From Octopus sinensis (lineage: Eukaryota), in the NCBI RefSeq assembly GCF_006345805.1, contig NW_021828622.1, positions 1-7,990 of the forward strand: a DNA stretch of 7,990 nucleotides, read 5' to 3'. The translations under genes and the position numbers were made by a program. Every line of letters begins with the position of its first letter. The first letter of the stretch is position 1. This document shows positions 1-6,965 of the stretch, one piece after another. The notes under the pieces are model-generated. The model was given only the letters and a program-made list of their open reading frames with translations. It did no database searches and was not told where the DNA came from.

Positions 1-139
1 CAATGCAATTCTAACCTTTTGTGTTACCCCCCCCCCCCTTGCCAGAGTACTTTCACATCATTGTATTTCGAGGAAGCATTAACGAGCTGTTCTTTTTAGT
101 TAATAGAATATTAAGTAGAAATGCACACAAGTTCAACTG

Positions 140-160
140 TATATATATATATATATATAT
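140..160. repeat. (TA)n microsatellite
   Basis: About 10 perfect TA units directly left of the repeated unit that starts at 165. Confidence 0.95.
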
Positions 161-164
161 CTAT

Positions 165-303
165 ATCGTGGAGTATATTTGCCACCTAAATGTGGCTGCC
201 CCATATGGGGCGATGCTACTGTAGTTTATAGCCCCAGGAAGACATCTCCTCCAGCTGGCTAACGACACACTGTCTGTGCCCGATTAGTATTTGCGAAGGG
301 AAA
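165..303. repeat. Direct repeat copy 1 (139 bp)
   Basis: ATCGTGGAGTATATTTGCCACC...TTTGCGAAGGGAAA aligns by hand to 498-635 with about 10 substitutions and 1 gap (~92% identity). Confidence 0.95.
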
Positions 304-334
304 TCATCGTTCTCATCTCTAGCCTGACGTGATA

Positions 335-379
335 CACACGGATCCAGGTTTCTGAGTAGTAACCCGTAATCAGCGTGTG
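335..379 (-). ncRNA. Type I minimal hammerhead ribozyme, mutated core (probably inactive copy)
   Basis: Minus strand reads CACACG-CUGAUUA-CGGGU(UACU)ACUCA-GAAA-CCUGGA-UC-CGUGUG: 6-bp stem I, CUGANGA box with G8>U, 4-bp stem II with tetraloop, GAAA, short near-palindromic stem III, and a UC cleavage site between 341 and 340. Confidence 0.7.
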
Positions 380-497
380 ACAATCGCCAGCTAGCGATGA
401 GAAGTGATTTTGCAGTGATAAAAAGTGGCTGATCTCGAAAAAGGAAAAACAAGCAATAATAAATCTCTGAACGAGATATAAACAGTAGCAGCACGAC

Positions 498-635
498 ATC
501 GTGAAGTATATTTGCCACCTAAATGTGGCCTCCCATATGGGACGATGCTACTGTAGATTATCGCCACTGGAAGACACCTCCTCCAGCTGGCTAACGACAC
601 ACTGTCTGTGCCCGATCAGTATTTGCGAAGGGAAA
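498..635. repeat. Direct repeat copy 2 (138 bp)
   Basis: ATCGTGAAGTATATTTGCCACC...TTTGCGAAGGGAAA; second copy of 165-303. Confidence 0.95.
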
Positions 636-793
636 AAGCATATAGTTATGGCGTATGGTTGGTTAGAATGTTGCTCTCGGTTTCATGTCGAATAATAATG
701 CTTTTAGAAAGGTAACATTCTAACAAGTTATATGGTCGACGATATATATAAAAATATAACTACTCCCTTACTCATATTAAGTTTTTTTTTCTG

Positions 794-794
<1 letters not shown>

Positions 795-847
<53 letters not shown>

Positions 848-852
848 ACACA
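795..852. repeat. (CA)n microsatellite
   Basis: About 24 perfect CA units (795-842), one TA interruption, then 4 more units. Confidence 0.97.
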
Positions 853-1074
853 TGCACTATCTCTCTAACTCATACATATATATCTTTTCAAAATAGTTTT
901 GTCGCAGATAATTAACTAATAAACAATATTTTACCATGGGTTTTCAGCGTGGGCACGCAAAAGTGACATATGGGTAGACAATATGCTCAATAATTTAATG
1001 GAATGAGAGAAAGTATAGATGCTCAAATAAAACGAAGTGATAATGAACTTTCTTAATTAAATTAAATTCACTTA

Positions 1075-1254
1075 TGATGCAAAGCTGTTAGAATAACAGA
1101 ATCAAAACAGCGCGACAGGTGAAAGTGTTATGTCCTTTACATTCGGAGTTCAATTACTGCCAGTGTCGATTTTGCGTTTCTTTCTTACTGGTTCGATAAA
1201 ATAATGTACTGATGTGTAATGTAACTGATGTGATTACAGTGTACCCCCACTCCC
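1075..1254 (+). mobile_element. Old, diverged tRNA-derived SINE (same family as 7762-7982)
   Basis: GAGTTCAATTACTGCCAGTGTCGATTTTGCGTTTCTTTCTTACTGGTTCGATAAAATAATGTAC aligns to the reverse complement of the 7762-7982 copy (AAGTTCAAATTCCGCCGAGGTCGACTTTGCCTTTCATCCTTTCGGGTTCGATTGAATAAGTAC). Ends are approximate. Confidence 0.7.
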
Positions 1255-1442
1255 TAGGGGTTAGTAAACAGAGAGAGATTGCAGGTGATTGTTAATAACT
1301 GCATCTATCGCTCCAGTTTCATTTGCAGTCGGTCGTTTACAGGAACAATGACGTCAAAGTCTGAAATAGATTTCTGAAGTGAGATAAACATACATGTGTA
1401 TGTGCGAATGAGTAAGAGAGTTTGAAGAGTTTGTAATGATAG

Positions 1443-1515
1443 TAACTTGCTCTAGTTTGTACTATTTAACAGCAGTAAAGACGTTACTATTGGGACCAGT
1501 TGCTTCGTCAGACTG
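1443..1515 (-). ncRNA. Decayed hammerhead ribozyme remnant (PLE pLTR type)
   Basis: Minus strand AGU-CUGACGA (1511-1505)-AGCAACU...long stem II region...AGUAC-AAAC-UAGA-GC. The CUGANGA box is intact, but the G of GAAA is missing and the GUH triplet is altered. Confidence 0.35.
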
Positions 1516-2220
1516 AAAGGATTAGAAGATCTGTTCAGACCAGAAACGAGCAGTTTCAGCAAGACGGCTGCTAACACGGCCATCTTGCACAAGAATTAGT
1601 AAGAAATTCCCACAAATTTGGATCTACTTCAATTTTACAGTTCATTGAGACACAAAATAGACATCATTTGTTTTTAGTTTTGTTTTGATTTTTTTTTTGT
1701 AGTCATCCTGGGTTGCAGTGTTGGATAAAATCCTCCCAGGTAGTGATGGCGTATGACCTGCTGTATTCTTTCCTCATAGTTTCAACACTGTTGTGGGGAA
1801 ACCGCATGAAGAATAGGAGAGGAGGTTGATAATGTGAGGAATGTAAAGGTACATGCCTAAGAATATGGTTTTGTTCCCTCTTAGCCGTCGTCTCACGTGG
1901 ATTCGGGCGATGAAAGACATTCCTATCAAGAATGATTGGAATTTCGACCAATATTCTGTTAACCATTCCGTAATGGAACAAATACATCTATCCGTTTACC
2001 ATGCTTCCTGGACATTTTAAAGTCTTTGTACTCTCTTAGATGGTAAGAGATTGATAGCTCCTGATTCAACTCACCTCTCTTTCTTGGAGACAAAGGGCAC
2101 TAAGAATCGTTGAAGGTTCTCTCATCTCACTGTTGCAGAGGTAAGAGGGTTGTCAATAGCTCTATTATCACCCAACATAGACGATCCTGGGAGAGAGAAG
2201 GGAAGAGAGCCTACCTTGTA

Positions 2221-2353
2221 CTTGGTACTCTGCCGACTGCTAGAAGGATAAACGGCAAAGCTGACTTCGGTTGGCTTTGATCTTAGAATCTAAATAACCG
2301 GAACACAATCACCGAAAGAACGGAACGCTAACGATTCTGCTAAACAACTGCCT
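2221..2353 (-). mobile_element. Old, diverged tRNA-derived SINE nested in the PLE relic
   Basis: GGTACT..CGACTGCTAGAAGGATAAACGGCAAAGCTGACTTCGGTTGGCTTTGATCTTAGA...GCTAACGATTCTGCTAAACAACTGCCTT is colinear with 7854-7984. Confidence 0.7.
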
Positions 2354-3194
2354 TATCGGTTACCCGTAAACAGAGGTTCGTGAAGCTGAGTATGGTTGAT
2401 GTCTGTGAGGTGAGTGGCCTTGATTAGATAGTGATTTCCCAACCCATAACAGCAGAGAAGATTATGAATGAGGAGATTGGATTCCATATAACTCAGACCC
2501 TATCTTTCAGAATAAAACTGCAGTAGAGAAATTAACCTAGACAACAGAGATGGGTTAGAGAGAAGAGGTTGAGGGATATGTAGCGCAAAGAATAGGATCT
2601 GCAGTTTTTGTTAGTCGGGTAACTGGGATTTGATTTGAACCGAAATCCTCAGATGTTAGCAAAGAGGTTGGGAATTGTTTCCAATTTTTGTCAGATGCAA
2701 GTAGATTTCTTTGAGGGAGACAAAGGAGAGACTACATTTTCCATCCCTATAAACAACCCGGATAAATGTTAGTGGCCGCGAGTGAATCTACAAAAATGCT
2801 GTGCCTGCCGGTGCTCATGTCAAGACTGAAGATACAAGATTGCACGCCAGCTGGCAACGAAGACTCGTGTGTTGCCAACAGTTAGGTTTCTTGCCCAATC
2901 GGTCGAAGGAAGTCGTGTTGTAGGTGCTTGATTTGGTGGAGGTGTAGATGATGCTTTTCATGTTAATAATTGAGTTAATACCGTTTGCCGTAATAGGTTT
3001 GTGGTAGGCTTCTTTATTGATATTGTTGTTGTTATTTAGAGGGTGCTGTAGATGTTTTTGTTGCATGGGTAGAAAGTAATGATGTTGTTAAGATAGTGTA
3101 GGAGGTTGCACAATGAAATTGTTTCCTTTTTTTCTTTTTTTTTTTTTTTTCTACTTTCTGCTTTGAAGTAAAAATACGTTTTTATGGCTACATC

Positions 3195-3444
3195 ATAAGC
3201 AATTATCACTTGGCTTGGTTCCCTAGAGTCATTATATTCGATAACACTCAGATTAATCTAGAAACCAGCCAGAGGCATTTGGGTAAGAGTTTAAGTAAAA
3301 TGGGAGAACGAAGTATCTTCCCCGTTTCACGCAGACTCTGCAGAAACGTTGAACCATTATTAACAATGTGTACTTTTCTCTTGATATGTCAAAATGCTGC
3401 ATTTCTTGTTGATCTATAGAAGGGTTTCTGGGTGGTCTATAACC
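3195..3444 (-). pseudogene. Apurinic-like (APE) endonuclease fragment of a CR1/L2-type LINE, heavily degraded
   Basis: Minus-strand motifs in canonical order and spacing: YRPP (3441-3430), LIM-G-FN (GDFN with a small deletion), LTQM, LD(L)I, EP..SDNC (SDH>SDN, 3210-3202). Several frameshifts are required. Confidence 0.45.
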
Positions 3445-3445
3445 A

Positions 3446-3464
3446 CATCCTCATCATCATCATC

Positions 3465-3496
<32 letters not shown>

Positions 3497-3517
3497 CATC
3501 ATCACCATCATCATCAC

Positions 3518-3579
<62 letters not shown>

Positions 3580-3607
3580 CCATCATCACCATCATCAACA
3601 ACAACAA
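3446..3607. repeat. (CAT)n microsatellite with CAC/CCT interruptions, ending in (CAA)4
   Basis: About 50 trinucleotide units; accounts for the poly-S, poly-I and poly-M ORFs. Confidence 0.97.
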
Positions 3608-3840
3608 GAATACTTTTTTTTCTTTATTGGCCACAAAGGCCGCACACAAAACAGAGGTCAGTGGGGATTTACATAAAACTACGTGTAAACAATAGAAAAG
3701 CAATAACAAAATTATAACAATAAAATTCCCCGTAACGGTGGGAGCGCCACGAAGGGGTGATTAAGGAACCCTACAGATCCCGAGTTATCCTTCTCACCAA
3801 GTACAACATAGTAAGTGCTCCTCTCTCTGTAAATTTCAGC

Positions 3841-4850
3841 CTACAGGCGCATGCATAGAATAGGCTCATTTACTCGGGTCACTCTCGTTACATTCACCTA
3901 CTTTTCAACGATTTTACAGAGGAATAGTGCCTCCTTCTCCTACCCCTCAATTTCTTTTCTAAGAGGAACCTGAAAAAGTTGATGAGAGCTTGACCGAACA
4001 GGAAAGTACCTATCTTCACCACATCAGCTCTTTCGTCATAATCCTCAGACAGAAGAAAACTGCTTACCCTTCCCGGTCAAAAGAAGGTGGCTAGGTGATC
4101 ATCACGCTGGAGTCGGCCGATAGCCAGGTCCGTCATACATGCGACAGTTGGTATTCGACATAACTCCACAAGTCAGCAATGCCCAGTCAATGAGTGACTT
4201 CTCCATCGTGCAGTCCGTCATCGTTGTCCGTATTCCGTCATTTATTATCGGCCTTTCACGGAACTCCACATCCTCAACGAGAGTTACAGCAGGCCGCGAG
4301 GTGGGCTGTAAAGTCCACCACCGTCTTCGGTCCACGTCCTCTCCAAATAGTTATGTGAGGTGCTACTGAAAAACCGCATACTTCTGCTTGGAATAGAGTA
4401 GCATGCACCCCTCCCGATCTGCCAAAGACCGAATTTTTGCCTTGCTACCGCGTTGCGCCGCTACCACCGGGTCTATCGAATGGATTTTGTTCCCACATGT
4501 TTTAGAGCACGCATCCTTTCTCTGACAAAGCAATCTTCGCGCTTAGTATGGAAGCATCGATCAAAGGCAAATCTTACCATACTTCTAAGTGCCTATTCTA
4601 GGTTACTAAGAAGTTCACCCTCTACTCTAGAATTCTCTACCGTTATTCACTTCTAAACATTATCGATTCGAATCATATAGCTCTTTTCTGGGCTAATCAT
4701 CGTCGGTTGACCCTATTGACGCATACTCTCTCCTAATTAGTTCTCTGATCCAATCTCTATAAACTTAGCGAACCGGGAAAGACGTGTTCAGTTTCCAGTA
4801 ACCAGGTTCATAGGCAGAGACCTATCCAGGGACTTAACTCTATCTAGGTC
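3841..4850 (-). pseudogene. Tx1-type ORF2 remnant (endonuclease end, linker, C-terminal domain; RT core absent)
   Basis: LDRV (4847-4836); GYWKLNTS (4803-4780, an L1/Tx1 hallmark); FVRERMRAL..QRGSKAKIRSLAD..VFQ*HLT*LFG; ERPIINDGIRTTMTDCTMEKSL (cf. EGPITxxEIxxAxxxxxxGKSPG); then directly IADLWSYVE..AVFFCL..KELMW..LINFFRFLLEKK; stop at 3843-3841. Many stops and frameshifts. Confidence 0.75.
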
Positions 4851-4969
4851 TTTTTACTAGATTTTACCCCCTTGCAAGATGATATTTCCTTGTCTTTCCT
4901 TGTCGAGTGTGGAAGACATACCTCTTCCACAATGATAGGGCGGAAGAGGTATGTTTCCGCGTGTGTCTA

Positions 4970-5660
4970 TATGTGCGTTGAAAAGAGGATGGGAAGGAGT
5001 AATGGAGAGGGATTTGGGGTGGATTTTTCTTGGGTGGCAGCTCCTGGTTCTGCTGTGTGCGTTGTTGTATCTGTTGCTGGTCATGCTATTCCTACTTCTG
5101 CTACTGCTGCTGGCGTACTCGTTCCCATTGCTGCTACTGCTGTTGCTACTACTCCTATATGTTGCTGCTCTTGTTGGGGCTTTGGTGTCGCCAGTAGTAG
5201 GGCTCCACCTGTTCTGCTTTTTGCTGAGGGTAGAAAGCTTTGAAGTGGTCTTTGTTTACAACATAAATATCTTGGCCCTCTGCTCTTAACCGCAACTCAC
5301 AGCTCTATTGCGTTAGGCCTTGAATCTTTTCTATTTCGTCCGATTTGATTTAAAGGAGGATCTCTACTGCGGTCTCTCTCTGTTCGCATCACTTCGAGAA
5401 TGGTTCCACTGCACTTGAGAATAACACATGCCAGTAACATCTTAATGTCTAACCCAGGTCAAACTCCATCTTAACGTGACAAGTTCAACTCCCCAAATAG
5501 TTTGGTTAGAGGGGGAATTTCCTGTTGCGTATAGAAGCCACCGAACGCTTCAATTTAAGCGCTTTGCTCTTGAAGAGGCTCTCTACGCTCCTGAACTTCC
5601 TTGCTTTCGATACATAATCTATGTCCACCCATAATATTTAAAGGCTTCTTTCACGATGGG
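4970..5660 (-). pseudogene. Tx1-type ORF1 remnant
   Basis: WVDIDYVSKARKFRSVESLF..L*PNYLGS*TCHVK..; then VAVKSRGPRYLCCKQ-DHFKAFYP (5300-5228), matching VxVxGRxPxCxxCxxxGHxxxxCP with two C>Y changes; followed by a low-complexity CAG/TAG-rich tail. Confidence 0.6.
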
Positions 5661-5824
5661 TTTCAGTCAATGCGCAACAATACGGGAAGTTGCTGCCAAG
5701 ATTTCAACTGGTGTCAGCTTCCGTGAAACGTTGCTCCTTACCGCTTAGTGAGAGCGAGAAAAACTGCATTGATCTTGCAGCCGTCCCTACAAAAGGATGT
5801 CTGTACATGACGTTGTCCCCATTA

Positions 5825-5950
5825 CTTTGTTTGTCGTTTTCGTTATTGATGTTATTGCGGTTTCTGTTGCTGCTGCTGCCGCTGTAGTTGTTTTGATCAT
5901 CGTTGTTGCTACAACCACCACTTCCGCTGCTGCTCTGCTGCTGTTGTTGG
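5825..5950. repeat. Degenerate (TTG/CTG)n trinucleotide low-complexity tract
   Basis: Mixed GTT/GCT/GAT triplets; the tract resumes on the other side of the SINE. Confidence 0.8.
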
Positions 5951-5952
5951 AA

Positions 5953-6333
5953 GCACTCCGTCGGTTACGACGATGAGGGTTACGGTTGATCCGAATCAAC
6001 GGAACAGCCTGCTCGTGAAATTAACGTGCAAGTGGCCGAGCACTCCACAGACACGTGCACCCCTAACGCAGTTCTCGGGGATATTCAGCGTGACACAGAG
6101 AGTGACAAGGCCGGCCCCTTGAAATACAGGTACAACAGAAACAGGAAGTAAGAGTGAGAGAAAGTTGTGGTGAAAGAGTACAGCAGGGATCACCACCATC
6201 CCCTGGAGCCGGAGCCTCGTGGAGCTTTTAGGTGTTTTCGCTCAATAAACACTCACAACGCCCGGTCTGGGAATCGAAACCGCGATCCTATGACCGCGAG
6301 TCCGCTGCCCTAACCACTGGGCCATAGCGCCTC
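5953..6333 (-). mobile_element. Full-length tRNA-derived SINE (~380 bp), second family
   Basis: Minus-strand head GAGGCGCTATGGCCCAGTGGTTAGGGCAGCGGACTCGCGGTCATAGGATCGCGGTTTCGATTCCCAGACC with A box TGGCCCAGTGG (6324-6314) and B box GTTTCGATTCC (6280-6270); CpG-rich body; CAA-type tail; candidate TSD TGCTGTTGTT at 5939-5948 and 6335-6344. Resembles abundant octopus SINEs from memory. Confidence 0.88.
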
Positions 6334-6334
6334 T

Positions 6335-6570
6335 TGCTGTTGTTATTGTTAAGTGGTTACTTTTGCCATTGTTATTGTTGCTGCTCCTGTTACTGCTGAT
6401 GCTCTTGTTATTGATATTGCTATATTCGTTTGCCGCCAAAGCAGTTGGACTTTGAATCGTCATAACAGAAGTTTTCTCCTCCTTTTCAGTGCACTTCACG
6501 TTGTTAATGTTGTTATTGCTGTTGTTGTAGTTGTTGATGTCATCGCCGTCGTCGTTGTTGTTGTTGTTGT
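6335..6570. repeat. Degenerate (TTG)n-type low-complexity tract
   Basis: GTT/GCT/GTC triplet runs; accounts for the poly-V, poly-T and poly-N ORFs. Confidence 0.8.
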
Positions 6571-6856
6571 CGAGCTTCCGCTCTCTAATAAGCTGGTAAC
6601 GCCATGAGACCTTTCTGCTACCACCTCATCGAAACAATATGTGGGCATTAACGATGCTCGGAAAACAATACCAGACGAAAGCGTATAAATATTACAACAA
6701 TTATATCCTTTGGGGTACAATTTGGCGGTCCCCAACTCTTCACCCATTGAATCAGGCTTTCTTAAATAAACTATTCAACAAAATATTTCCGGCAAAAATT
6801 TATTCCTGCAAAAATTGACAAACCTCGCGAGTCGAATAACCTGCGTGCGACCAAAG

Positions 6857-6965
<109 letters not shown>

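Larger units (their letters stand above)
165..635 (-). mobile_element. Hammerhead-bearing partial tandem repeat (non-LTR retrozyme or Penelope pseudo-LTR-like), 333-bp unit plus 138-bp partial copy
   Basis: Seen: 165-303 recurs at 498-635 (period 333 bp), and a Type I hammerhead fold lies on the minus strand at 335-379. Known: animal non-LTR retrozymes and Penelope pLTRs are partial tandem repeats of a few hundred bp with minimal Type I hammerheads. The class assignment is inference. Confidence 0.65.
1440..2720 (-). mobile_element. Highly decayed Penelope-like element relic with internal deletions (may extend to ~1260 and ~3110)
   Basis: Minus-strand motif remnants occur in PLE order: LHLTKI...GFRFKSNP (2634-2648; cf. 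N-terminal IPKGFxxK), IPIIL..FHRPNP..HILRH..SPILHAVSPQ (~1790-1945; cf. thumb/GIY-YIG linker IPLVxTYHP..ILR..SPxLxxVFP), EDFI..TLQP (1710-1721; cf. GIY-YIG C-terminal TLxPxGLN), then a hammerhead remnant. No RT core was seen, and each motif alone is weak. Confidence 0.5.
3614..5803 (-). mobile_element. Tx1-clade (L1 superfamily) non-LTR retrotransposon, internally deleted and inactive
   Basis: Minus strand contains a putative 5' UTR (~5803-5680), ORF1 relic with a degenerate CCHC knuckle, ORF2 remnants (LDRV, PGYWKLNTS, linker, RT domain-0 start, C-terminus), and a 3' UTR ending in AATAAA and an A-run at 3614-3628. The 5' end is approximate. Confidence 0.8.

Noticed and set aside
225-303. HDV-like or twister ribozyme (GGCUAA, GCGAAGGG motifs)
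   Set aside because: I could not build consistent P1/P2/P1.1 pairings or twister pseudoknots on either strand.
329-381. SECIS-like GUGA...UGA in the + strand hairpin
   Set aside because: The GA quartet conflicts with the Watson-Crick stem register and there is no apical AAR motif; the minus-strand hammerhead explains the fold better.
165-635. LTR retrotransposon/TRIM or CRISPR interpretation of the direct repeats
   Set aside because: No TG...CA termini, PBS, PPT or TSD; only two long repeats in a eukaryotic context.
21-695. Short overlapping ORFs across the direct repeat
   Set aside because: No protein motifs, and the 1-bp indel between the copies breaks frame; the region is better explained as structured RNA.
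1685-2146. Possible + strand exon signals (T-tract-TAG at 1700-1702, CAG|GT at 1739/1740, GAG|GTAAGA at 2140/2141)
   Set aside because: They lie within an antisense transposon relic with no coding support; they cannot be called without RNA-seq.
3394-3717. Poly-Ser, poly-Ile and poly-Met ORFs
   Set aside because: They are translations of the (CAT)n microsatellite.
4020-4055. CUGAGGA...GAAA on the minus strand
   Set aside because: No stem I or II pairing and no valid UH site; it is Tx1 ORF2 coding sequence.
4857-5289. ORFs of 75-123 aa, one resembling a membrane protein
   Set aside because: Antisense or off-frame reads of the low-complexity tail of the Tx1 ORF1 relic.
6260-6333. Possible tRNA gene
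   Set aside because: A and B boxes are present, but there is no proper acceptor stem and the sequence continues into a SINE body and tail.
5690-6747. Several Val/Thr/Leu/Asn-rich ORFs
   Set aside because: They derive from TTG/CTG tracts and the SINE; no recognisable domain.
6700-6790. WRSPTLHPLN, resembling the Tc1/mariner WPxxSPDLNP motif
   Set aside because: A single weak motif with no other DDE residues or terminal inverted repeats.
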